Notes: generated by a model from the letters alone, not told the origin. A stretch of 32,352 bases of DNA from Catajapyx aquilonaris (GCA_000934665.2 JYFJ02004406.1:1-32352), one strand, 5' to 3'; shown: positions 1 through 11,410, counted from the first letter of the stretch. Numbers and translations: made by a program.

Positions 1-1035
1 GATCTTATGCCCTCCATGCTGAAGAGTTTCCTTCCGCGAAAAAGTCATTTTGACCAAAAGGTGGACTTATGCCCTTTCCATTCTGGGTCATTCAATTATT
101 TCGAGAGATGTCAGAGATTTACAGTATCTCTCATGAAAATAGGCAAATTCTGACTGAAAATGAATCTCCTTTCTGAAACATGAGGCTTGTATCTAGAAAA
201 CGCTCCACAGTATATTATACACTCTTATTCTTACGCCACCATTAACGATCTAGCACGAAGACTATAGTGTATAATACCCGCATTCCATTAGAAACGGCAG
301 CCACTAATTGTCTAGGACCGATCTATATGGCAGACTGTACTTCTTCCAGGATTTTCTTGCACCTTTCTTGTCAATATTGACTCAATAGCAGTAGTGCTGA
401 CAATGATAATTGTACAACGAGATGCACACATTAGAACATGCTGGCTAATTTACTATTATTATTTTTTTCGTTCGAAGTCATCTGAAATTTTCAAGGCACT
501 TTTTTACCACCTTATTCACAGTGCATACCGGTAAAGTGCACATTGTGCTATGTGAACGATAAACTCATCGCGAAGATACCACTTCTCCCGCGCATTTTCC
601 ATTGACGACATTGGAGTGTGGAATGATAGCAAACAAATACGAAAACATGATCTGCAACCGCGTGACATTCTGTGCTAATTTAGTAGAAGGAGCATGACGT
701 TGTTGTGCAATAATCTTGACCCTAACCTCATTTCGGCCCGTGCACTAGAAGCGCACAATATGCATCTTGATAGAGCAGTACTATCCTGAACCTAGTTTGT
801 GGGGGGTTACTAGTACAGTATGCTAGTTTTCCGGACTTTTGGTCCTTGAACCGAATAGAAAGCAAGCGTGTGCGGGCGCATGTAACCCAGATTCGAAGGT
901 CACGCCTCCTTTTCCGGCAAACCGAGTTGAAACCGGGCTGTGTGTACCCCCCGAATAATCAGCGCTCCGTATGTAAGTACGTACCAAGAGGACACTCCAG
1001 GATACAAAAAAGAGAGATGTACTGGAGGGACTTAC

Positions 1036-1288
1036 TGATGCGCAGGTGCCTCTGTATAGCCCTGTTCTCTTCCTCGGTCTCGAGACTGGCCAAATGTGCC
1101 CCTAGACTCCGGCATCTCTCGTCGGCCACCCACCAGTTCTCCCGGATGGCCCCGCTGAAGAAGTAGCAGCTGGTCGCCAGTCGGATGAAGGGCGATGGGC
1201 AGTCGGCGCCGCTCGTCTTGCTCGACGCCCAGCCAAAAACACCCAAGCCAGTGGAGACCCATAGGACCACTGCTGCCACTGCTGGCAT
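1036..1288 (-). CDS. C-type lectin, first coding exon (signal peptide + N-terminal half of a long-form CRD); remainder lies beyond the window start
   Basis: ATG at 1288; MPAVAAVVLWVSTGLGVFG signal-like segment, then CPSPFIRLATSCYFFS...NWWVADERCRSLGAHLASLETEEEN (CTLD N-half). Phase-1 donor A|GTAAG at 1036/1035. No WxG/EPN-type second exon recognisable in 1-1030. Confidence 0.85.
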
Positions 1289-2660
1289 CCTGCTTTGCTT
1301 TGCTTTGTCTTACTTGCTTATTCCAACAGGATCGATACCCCGCCACTATGTCCTCCGGCACTTTGCCAACAAACTTTGGCCACTTTTGATGGTGACAAAA
1401 GGTTGGCCCCAAGGGGTTATCAACTTGCTCAGTCTTGGTAATATAAGGGGACGCCCCGCTTCGTTTTCATGGCTTCCTGTGCATTGTCTTACCACGGCCG
1501 CCAAACAAATTTTACAACTGCTCTACTAGGTTCAGGCGCGTCCATTCTATGAAGTGTGCGCCCATTTATTATTTCACAGCCATTAGAACGGAAGAGATTC
1601 CGCCATGCATTTTCTCTGCTCCTTTATAACCCCCCCACTCTACATAACAGCCTATATTTGAAAGAACGAGGGAAAAAGGGGATAAAAGGCAGGCGTTGCT
1701 CTGACTAATCTCCTCTCTCACTACAATACAGCCCCTGACCGGATTAAATACCAAAGCCCCAGTCGTCACGTCATCACGTATGCACACATTATCTATGCGC
1801 CGAGGAACAACATTTTGCATTGGGGTTATTTGAATGACAATAAAATCGACCTTGTCAATGTGGATTTCGGCAATTGAATTTTAATGTGGATGTTTACGAC
1901 CTTGGAAGCTTCCAAGCTGTGATTACAAATATTGGCATTTTTATCATAACGCGTTGGTGTAAATGTTCCATCAAGCTGAATATTCTGCTGACTGATAAAG
2001 GACATGACATCTCTCATGGGGAGAGAAAAATCTATCGATTTCAATGTATTACTAATAAGTGATAACTTAATTGGGACTGTGACACACTTACCAGTGAATT
2101 AGAAGAAGGTCATTGATGATTTGGAATGTTACAGTATACTTTATTTTAGTATTAAAATTACAGGAGACTGGAAATCGCCGTAATTAAAATGACAGTAACT
2201 TATCATATTACAAGTATTTTCAATTCAAAAAAATCTAGGTCATTTTGTTCGATAGAAGAGTTTGTAAAAATATTAACTGTCAAATGAAAGAGATATGGAC
2301 ATTACACGGTATACTAGCTTTATTTTTGGCGTTGCATTTTGAGCAGTAAACGTTTGACGATATCTAATCATTATTAATTTTTCAATGAAGTCTGTAAAAG
2401 TTACATTGCCTTATGCGAGCAAAAACTGCGCGTAAAATATTGTGGTGAATATAAGCATACCGTACGTGATTTCGAATGTGGTACTCGAATATTTAAAAAC
2501 TGCTCATTTATCTTTAAAAATTGAAGCACAACCTCAATAAATAATAATGTACTCTGCCTTAACATAATTAGGCTGTGACAAGAGCAAATGAGTGTTAGTT
2601 ATGTGCATTTTGTAACAATGCAGCCTAAACCGGTTATGCAATATAAAGGACTTGAGATGA

Positions 2661-3922
2661 TTACGTCGAGACCATGACTCCCAAATAAGCCTTTGGTGAA
2701 GAGTCATCAGGGTAGCTCTCTTGAGGACAAGGACCATGTTCAAGTGGCGCTTTGCATATAAATTGCTTATGATCAGTACATACTTCATCACTCCAAACAA
2801 AGCTTCCTACGGAGTATCCATAACCATTGGGCCCAACACTCAAGCAGTCTTCCAAGTTGTTCAAGTCGTCTGGTTCTCCTTGGTTCCAGAATGTCACTTG
2901 GATTGGTTCCCCTGTTATCTTCCACAACCAAACTCCTTCTTCAAGCATGTCACTGCCTCCAAGCCAATGGGGTTGAGCAGGTGCTTTGAAATCTGCCACA
3001 TCAAATACAATATTGCACATAGTTGGTTTAGATTCATATATAAACAACAACATGACACTTACTATTAGCAATATATTCTTGAAGGCTTCTTAGCTCTCTT
3101 TCATCCCGAATGTCTGCCAAGTACCCTCCCACCTGAAGGCAAAAATCTGATGAATCTGTCCAGTTTGCTACTATGAAATCGCTGAAAAAGTAACACCCTG
3201 TGGACAAGCGTACGAATCGAGGCGGGCACGTAACGCAGAGGCTGTTGCAGTGGCAATTCACTTCTATCGTGGGATCCATTTTCGGTGTTACTTCTGTGAA
3301 TTAATAAGAGGCTTGATCAGTTTCAAAGAAGCCGTTGACACATCACGTTTTGGGAAACCTTCTATGTCCTTTTCGCAAATGAAGGAAAATTTGTAATCGC
3401 ATTTGTTGTCTGCCCAACCATAGTCAAACGGAAGGTAGAACTGCATACAATTTTCTTCTCCGGTTTGGGCTCCATTGTTGGGCTCTCCTGGATGCCATGG
3501 AGCGTAGAAAGTATCATGTGCTGTTGACTGCCACACCCATCTTCCTTCGTGGCCCATGTCATGTGCACCCAGCCAAGTCGATTGACCATTTACTAATTGA
3601 AATAGTTAACGTAAGCAGCACTTACTTGTTAATATTATACTGCCTAAATATGTACAGTGTCATTTTATTGTCATATATACAAACCGGACCAACCTCTCTT
3701 AGCCTCAGCCTGAAGAAGGAGATTTTCTTCTTCGGTTTCGATGACTACCAAATATGAGTTTTGACTTTGACAGTACTCTGCGGCCTCCCACCAATTGCGA
3801 ATGACAGATCCGCTAAACAAGTAGCAACCAGTGTCCAGTTGGCGAAAAGGTGGAAAGCAGGCTTCGCGACATAGCACAGACGAAATGGCGACTGTCACGA
3901 CAACGAGAGTCTGCTGAAACAT
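2661..3922 (-). CDS. Secreted dual-CRD C-type lectin (immulectin-like), 341 aa, 4 exons
   Basis: Exons 3922-3694, 3592-3359, 3293-3063, 2992-2661 (1026 nt, all introns GT-AG phase 1; 101, 65, 70 nt). Signal peptide MFQQTLVVVTVAISSVLC; CRD1 CFPPF..CYLF..WLGAHD..EPNN..ENC..WAD..C..FICE; CRD2 CPPRF..CYFF..WLGGSD..EPDD..EDC..WSD..C..FICK. An in-frame upstream ATG at 3967 is a possible alternative start. Confidence 0.9.
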
Positions 3923-4076
3923 CCTGCACACTAACTCTCCTACTTCGGATATGACATCCGAGATCATTTTGCAGAAAAATAATCAGAAGGTTACGTAGGT
4001 TATCCGCAGAAAAAGTAGTCTTGGAATGAGCAGACTGTCAACTTTAGGGGAAGTGCTGTTTTGTGTCTTGATGTCA

Positions 4077-4082
4077 TTTATT
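4077..4082 (-). terminator. AATAAA polyadenylation signal of prophenoloxidase
   Basis: TTTATT on + at 4077-4082, ~70 nt past the PPO stop codon. Confidence 0.6.
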
Positions 4083-4150
4083 TAAAATTCATGCTTGATT
4101 GATAAAACATTTTTGAACACTGGTAATACTGCGTGTGCCACTGATTATGA

Positions 4151-7110
4151 TCACTGGGGTGGTTTCTTAGAGTTGAATTGTGAACGGTCTACAATTCGAT
4201 CCTCAAAACGTATAACGACTTGTGTGGCATTCATATTGGGTGTGAGGAAGTCCTCCAGGAACTTGACTCCTTCCGAGAACTTCCTATCAAAGGGAAATCC
4301 CATTGGCCTTTTATCTGGGTACAGTTCATCTTGCAATCCGCAATAGCTCGATGCGCCATTGCAACGACGTCCATTTTTTGTCGCTTCTTTCTTGGTCACC
4401 TGAACAAAAAGTTTCAAGCGTTTATTATAATAAGATTCGCTCTCAATAGCAACCTAACCTTGTCTATATTCCAATCCGTAGCGTGGACGAAAAGGTCAAA
4501 GAGCATTCCCGATGGATTTCCTCTGGGCAACAGCATGTGCTGGGGCCATCCACATCCGCAGAAACTTTGATCTGCGTCCAGTTCACTGCCAACCGTGGCT
4601 CCTGGTTGAACATCTGCTTCTCTGCCTTCCGAACCTTTTCCTGAAGCTGTTTCTAACTGCCGGAAGCTGAGTTCCATAGGTATAGTCACAGATGACATAT
4701 CAGATGCTCTCTGGACTTCACTCTCTCCAGGTATAACTATACATGTCATTTAGGTGACGTTAAATAAAATATTGAATCACAAGTGTCACATCAAGTACCT
4801 GTAATTTGAAACTTGTCCAATTCGATGTAGAGTAATGATTGTTCCTGCAGTGGTATTCGCCTTCCAGTTTCATCCAAGCGGGGTGCCAAAAACAGGCGTA
4901 TTGTTACGTCTGCCGGTGACAAGGAGGTGTTTCTTACCTATGTATCATAGTGTCATTTAGAAGTCTTGTTATTTCCCTAACGTTAAGCAAGCTACCTTCA
5001 TGACATATTGAAAAGGCCGATGTTGTAGATGAGTGAATTTCAGTGTTACAGGGCCCCTGGATCCAAAACGTCTCAAGTCCAAGCCGCGTGATACGTCCAG
5101 TTGACTACTCTGCCAGTGGGTCGACAATTCATTGGGTCGTAGGGACGGGCTTTCTACTGAAACAGCCACAACTTCTATTCCGGGAAAGTTCAACTGCAAT
5201 GGTCCAAATATACGGTATATAATGCCACTTCCGTCTGGGTAATATTTGCACTGCTTTACAACGCTGTATCTGGTAGGTCTTCATAATATTATTGTGTAAG
5301 CAAGGATAATGGGAATAAGTTGTATAGTGCTAAATATCTCATTGCATGTGACTCTTACTTGCTCGGTGGTATACGATGAGAGAGTGTATTTGTACTCCTG
5401 GAAGATGTCATCCACAAACTTATGCCAACGAAAAAATACAGGGTCTCGAATAGCCGTGGTAGGGTCAGCCATCACACCCATCTTTTCCTGTCAAATAATA
5501 ACAGTATGTGTATAGGCATATGCACGCCGTGTGACCCGTATACTGTATAAAATACCGACCTTATGACGATTATCAGGATCGTGAAGAAATGCTAACGCGA
5601 CATGTCCGTAGTTGTGCAAGTCGCCATAGAAATTCTGATTTATGCTCATTTCACTGGCCTCCAACACATCGCCCAGAAGATCAATTCCCCGGTCCTCGGT
5701 CAGAGTAATATTTTCTCCCTGAGACTATTGTAAAAAAAAAAATCAGTGCCAAAATACCTGTACAACATCCACCAACAAAAAAAATATTCGGATCACTTGT
5801 TGTATAGCTTCAATTATATCTTGTGGAAAATACATAAGACCATGCAACTAGTCGCAGGCGTGAAGTAGTTACACAACTGTGCAGTAGGCCTATACACTGT
5901 CGCCTGCTTTATTGGGCCCTCCACTGGTATATTCGTGTGAAATCGCGATCTTTCCGCGATCATAGGCATCCAAATGTTATTGTTCGGTATAGAAGATCTT
6001 TTAGGATTAGTATAATTTTTTTGTAACCTATAATAACCTATAAGTTATTAGGTCTTTGACAATTTTGTTAATATATTATTAAAAACAGCGAGCATAGGTT
6101 CAGAGGGATACAACTTAACGCAAGTTGGAACATGTGGTATAAATTATGGTATAGGCCTACACTAAATGAAATGCCTGGTGGTAAAAATATTATTTTCATT
6201 TACTTACGCAAACAAGATACTGACTCACGTTAATAAGAAATCCTTTATGAATTGCTTCAAAAATGCGATCCTTCCAACGGCGAAGATCATCGATGTCAAA
6301 TTTCAAGTCTAGTTCTTTTCTGTCAATGTCCTACACCAAAAAATGTCAGTCAATGAATTTAAAAGTCCACAATTGAGCAGGTATTTTTAAAGTAGGATCA
6401 GTATGCACCAACTGTCATACCCTTAGTTTGAGTCCAGCTGGTCTGGACCCCCACACAAATCCCGCATTTTCGTTGGTAAGTTTCGGAAAATAAGCCTCCT
6501 GAATAGGTTGACTCCAATCCAGGAGCCGTTCTACTCTGTTTAATCCATTCGACAAACGTTCTGCGTCATACCTGAAGAATCAATCCAGTGATTATTCCAT
6601 TATAATCAATTGAACCCCTTCCTAAGTACAGTACCTGGCAACAAGCTGTCTGTGCATGTAATAGAACAGCTCTCCTTTTCTGTCTCTGTCTTTGGCATTC
6701 AGGGGATAAACCAAATGCCAGTGCCAGTGGTGTGCATTGATGCCAACATCTTCCCGAAAGTATGCCACCCGATGCTCTGGGTCAATATTCGTCCCAGTCA
6801 CTTCCAGTCCCAACTCGATCTCTTTCTGCTCAATGAATGCATTAAGAATAATATGGAAAATCTGACGATACTTGAATGACGCACCCTGCTCTGCGGTGGT
6901 AAAGAGGCTTCGTATCTGGCTCTTCCAAGGCAAGAAGACTGAACAAAGCAATCAGGCAATGTCTCCCACACAGCGGGCAATCTCACTCCTCTCAGATCTC
7001 GCCTTTTTAGGACAGCAGCCGACATGGCATATGCGAACATGTTTCTGTTTACCCGTTCTCTGCATGTAGCTGCCATTGATAAGAAAGTCATGAAGTTAGG
7101 TTGCTCTGGA

Positions 7111-7163
<53 letters not shown>

Positions 7164-7245
7164 AACAACAACAACATCACGACATTTCCCTATGAGGGGT
7201 AGTCAGCGATGAAGGGAGACGCAAGCTAACCCAACATATGAACTA

Positions 7246-7315
<70 letters not shown>

Positions 7316-7316
7316 G

Positions 7317-7370
<54 letters not shown>

Positions 7371-7962
7371 GCTCAAACTGTACACAGACCTCGTGATGAC
7401 TTACCAATAAAAAAATCGGCAAGTGCATATGCAGCTCGACGATGCTTTGGAACAAATATAGACCATGGCTCAGAGCGAGATATTAAGAAAATATCTCTCA
7501 TTTCATGAGGTAGTATATTCGGTCGAGGAACCGGAATGATCATATCCGGACGTCCAGGAGACAAGGTTCGTATCATTTCCGGGATTATAGGCCGCAGTCT
7601 CTCCTCCTGTAGATCAGTATTCAAGTGTAAGCAGTATTATACTTCAAACAGCTTTCTACTTACAGTAATAAATATTACATAAGTATACGAGCATGAATTA
7701 ATACTCGTATAAAAGGTAGGGGAATAAAATTGCAATGCCTTTTCATATCGTAATATTGCAGGTCTGTAATTTTGATATTGCAAGCGTTATTGGGGGAAAA
7801 GATTTTGCTGCAGTTATATATGTTACAATGTAAAATGCTTACGATAAGATCGACGGGAAGCTGAAAAAGGAAGTTCCCGTCTGCCCTTGGAAAACATAGT
7901 GGCTCTCCTAGTCTCTCCAGGAAATGAAGCAAAATTCTTTGTCGTTCGGAAGTTGATTCCAT
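4151..7962 (-). CDS. PPO: Prophenoloxidase (type-3 copper protein, hemocyanin superfamily), 714 aa, 12 coding exons
   Basis: Exons 7962-7843, 7606-7405, 7105-6885, 6825-6635, 6571-6421, 6330-6229, 5724-5560, 5487-5359, 5193-4996, 4937-4799, 4736-4459, 4399-4151 (2145 nt, frame-consistent GT-AG). CuA: YFREDVGINAHHWHWHLVYP...RKGELFYYMH; CuB: YGDLHNYGH...RDPVFFRWH; thiol-ester-like GCGWPQH; C-terminal YPDKRPMGFPFDR. No signal peptide, and a PPO-type N-terminus (LERLGEPLCFP..LFQLP). Confidence 0.92.
7111..7367. repeat. (AAT)n microsatellite, two blocks (7111-7161 and ~7246-7367) in PPO intron 2
   Basis: Direct trinucleotide runs separated by an ~85-nt insert. Confidence 0.97.
7162..7245 (-). mobile_element. 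Probable 5'-truncated 3' end of an RTE-type retroelement with (GTT)n tail
   Basis: Minus strand reads GAC-TA-CCCCTCATAGGG-AAAT-GTC-GTGAT(GTT)n: a terminal stem-loop plus short-repeat tail resembling RTE-clade 3' ends; embedded in (AAT)n. Confidence 0.45.
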
Positions 7963-8243
7963 TTGGTATAAATTTCGACGGCGCCACTGCCTAGCTGATG
8001 CCCCCCAAAAGACAAATTATCAATGAGTGTAACAGTATGGACATTTTTAGGCACAATTTCAAATAGATTGGACAGTACAGCAGAATTACATTCCAGTGCC
8101 AACCATTCGTAGCAAAGAATCTAAGGGAGCAGAATTTAACAGTTCTTAAACCATGCAATACACATACAGTAGGCCTATAGCCAGAGTATTTGAAATTGCC
8201 CAGGCTAGCTGAAGAGAACATGGTAAGATTGCAGCCTCACTCA

Positions 8244-8427
8244 CATAGAGTAAGCCTATACACGTCGTCCTGGACGGAATAATTTTGCGCCTAACAGGGC
8301 GGCAACGTGTGCATAGGTGGCGCATAGGTCATCTAACAACCAGGATAAAGCACGTGAACTTTTTCTTGGCTCTCTGCATTCAGGATTGGCTGATTGGCCC
8401 ACTTCGGATTAGAATAAGCGTCATTGG
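8244..8427 (-). promoter_or_regulatory. Putative PPO promoter / non-coding first exon
   Basis: Minus-strand donor GTGAGT at 8244 and acceptor AG at 7992-7991 just upstream of the ATG suggest a 5'UTR intron; CCAAT boxes (minus) at 8385-8389, 8393-8397, 8423-8427; E-box CACGTG 8351-8356. Confidence 0.35.
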
Positions 8428-11378
8428 TGGTTCTTTACAAAACAGTGAACCTATACATGTTGCCCACGGATGTTGCATGCACAGTACAATAAACCAGGAT
8501 GATGTAAGTTTAAAGTTTCATATTGTAAGTTCATTTTTCCAGTATGTAAGACACAATGTTTTCATGCCCCATATGTAGGATATTTGAGACTGCTTCCCTT
8601 TTAAACGTAATTGATGAACACGGTATAATCTGTGGGTCCGCTGACCACGTGTCGAGAAGCACTGGTCCATATACGAACAGTTTGATGAGCTTTCAAAACC
8701 TCGTTACCTACTCAACATACAATCGCTCAATAATTTAGAGTTGGCATGGAAAGGCCACAAGGTTTGACGAATAAAATGAAAAATGAATGAAGATTATGCT
8801 TGTGATTTCTATAAAACACAGCTGAAAACGCGATGACAAAAATAATAGCCTACCGGAAATATCAAAGAGAGGATTTCGAGAGTGTTTAAAGATGTGACCC
8901 TACCTCAAAAATAATATTATCATTATAAGTCAGTTTACTCAGTTTCTGCCGTTAAATATTTGCGGGACATAACTCACATTTTCTCATATACAGTAACTCT
9001 CTTTTATTTTTGACTAATCACGCAATTCGTCGGTACACGGTATACGGTAAGAAGAAAGTTCGCGCAATACATAACACGGGTATATCATAACTAAAGGCAA
9101 GCTCACACAACTGCCAAAAAGCGTAACCGTTATGGTTCGTTAACCTTTTACACTTAGGTCGTGCTGGTAATCCAGCTTACAGCTCACATAATAAAAGAGC
9201 TACGATAAGTATGACACCTTATTAGGTATGTATATGACCACTTCATTATTTGCAAAAAAATTAATTAACAGAGAATCCGTCAACGTATAGACTATGGACT
9301 ATAAGTAATAATTTAGCCTACAGCATCCTTTCCACTGCCATTTCATCAACGGATCATAGATGTCATGTTAGCTTTGCTATATACCGGAACAATTTGAAGA
9401 CTTGTGCCTGTCTATTACCACGAAATCTGCATTTCTATACACTAACATTAATTCATAGCACATTGAATCTATACGTTTTTAATTTAATTACATACACATT
9501 TATCGGCATATTGAGAATCCTAATAATTGTTTCTGATGATTTTTTACTGCCGGTCTGGATAATTAATATTTGCACTGTGAAAGAATAGCCGAACAAGCAT
9601 TCAGGAAGAAGAAAGAGTGGCATTATCTTTACGATATGTGATTTAATAACGTATTCGTAGTAATAATCATACTGTACTTACACTGAGCAAGTGTTTCCCA
9701 TAGGCAGCTTGCTCTCAACTGTGCTGTTATGACTCTGTGTAAACCACTGAATGAAGTGCCACAACTTAGGGCTAAGTGACTGTTAGTGTGTAGGAAGTCA
9801 GCTAAAGGAGAAAATCCCGGAAATAAATAGGTCGGAACCAAAAGAAAAGCAGCTTCGTGTAGGTGGGCTATTATATCAATCCCAATGGGAACCTTTTGGC
9901 TTAGAGGGCATGCTAAATTGCTTTCCGCTTTGCTGATCAAGGCTGCAAAGGTGTTAGACCTACACCATTACATCAATAGCTGAGCAATAATAAGGCACGC
10001 ATGCATAAAAAATGAATAGTCGTCGGAACAATAAATCTTCAGCCATTCACCTGAACGAGTGTGTTGTAAATTTTGCAGTTTAGGCTAGAGATAATATTAT
10101 TATGACGCTTTTTTATTTTATTTACTAGTTGCTCATTTTATTGCTCGTTTAAATGCGCGGTCGATTATTTATTTATTTATTCCTGATAACGATTTTTTCG
10201 TAGTAAAGTATTGTAAACACACCACTTTCCTGCATTCTTATATTGTCCGCATATTTTTATTTATAGCATGTGCAGGTGCACGCAAGTAGAAACATTCGTT
10301 GAAAATGCAAGTAAAAAACAACGTAACAATTCGATACGGTGAAAATAAGGCAGTACAGGTAAGCTCACAAAAAATTACTTTATAAAAAGTTACCATTGCA
10401 GACTTTCTAAAAATAATACGAGGTCTCTCAGGTAAGATATGGCCTGATAGTCATCCTGCGGTTTCAATGAAGCAGAGAAAATAAACACGCCCAGTGGCAG
10501 TTTTCTGAGAAATTAATATTGCAAATCAAAAGAAAGTGAAATTGATTTTTTGGTGATATTTCTTTGCTACTTCAAGGTGACTCAAATACAATACCGGTAT
10601 ATCCCAACTAATATATTGTACACTTAAAAACTCCAGCAGACTTTGATAATATGATGTGCGGAAACACCGATAATGATTTATTTCCTGACACTGAGATGGG
10701 ATATTTAAGATAAAGAGATGTTATTTTTTTTTACTGCAGAATCACAATACAAGGTGATCAGTCACAATGATTCATGAAAACCTCTTGGGTTGGTAATTCC
10801 ACGCCAAGTCATCGTAAAGATAATGTGCTTCTGAATATATTTTAGATTTCAACAATAATATTTCGCTTGCTGACATCGTGGTTACATCCGGCGCGGCATA
10901 TCTAAACTTTTTTTCCAAATCGTACCACATTCGTCGTTCGTTAGTCAAAATATTCTGCATGAGTTGTAGAAACTTTTTCACATAATATTCTTCGTACAGA
11001 ACCTCGCTGTAAATTAAGATGGTGTCTTTCTTTCTGCAGCATACACCTCGATACACCTACTATAAATTGGCACAGCGCCCCCAATATGAATATTTCGCTA
11101 GAAAACCCATGTTTGTGTAATTCCTTCTGCCTTGATGCATACGATACACCCTAGCTATTACATGACACAGAGACAGATTATGCAAATAACATACATTTCT
11201 GAGGAACCAAACTAAATCTGCATTCCTTTTTTTTAAAAAGACATGTATCTAAGCAATGGAGGGCGAATATATGATTCTCTGTATGTATTCAAAATGCATA
11301 GATTTTCTTGCTAAATAATTGCATATGTTAGGTATATAAAATATGAGCTGCATCTGTGGACCCCTTCAGCTGGCACAC

Positions 11379-11410
11379 GATCTGGCAACTCTTTTTCAAG
11401 ATGGCCGCGT
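11379..11410 (+). promoter_or_regulatory. GFM2 core promoter / TSS region
   Basis: YY1-type CAAGATGGCCGC (11397-11408) and CTGGCAAC motif immediately upstream of a CpG-rich first exon. Confidence 0.4.

Noticed and set aside
1..100. Repeated CTTATGCCCT motif at the window start
   Set aside because: Possibly the end of a transposon cut by the window edge, but no partner TIR or TSD is visible
846..1529. Overlapping ORFs 846-1166, 1032-1412, 1185-1529 and other antisense ORFs over exons (e.g. 4220-4570, 11414-11731, 11976-12278, 24346-24654)
   Set aside because: Shadow frames of real exons or GC-rich stretches with no recognisable domains
3922..4459. PPO-lectin fusion protein by alternative splicing
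   Set aside because: PPO has a normal last exon, stop and AATAAA; its last donor is phase 0 while the AG before the lectin ATG would need phase 2; the lectin has its own signal peptide
7024..7455. Poly-N / poly-I / poly-Y / poly-L ORFs (also 24885-25296)
   Set aside because: Translations of (AAT)n microsatellites, not proteins
4151..7962. Hemocyanin or hexamerin instead of PPO
   Set aside because: No signal peptide, all six His present, HHWHWH and GCGWPQH motifs and a PPO-type N-terminus favour PPO; a chelicerate-type hemocyanin is not fully excluded without phylogeny
5884..8176. Recurrent TAGGCCTA palindromes (~5884, ~6152, ~8170)
   Set aside because: Only three copies, no positional logic; cannot distinguish from a genome-wide k-mer bias
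9629..9940. 103-aa minus-strand ORF in the PPO-GFM2 intergenic region
   Set aside because: Non-ATG start, no motif, no supporting splice structure
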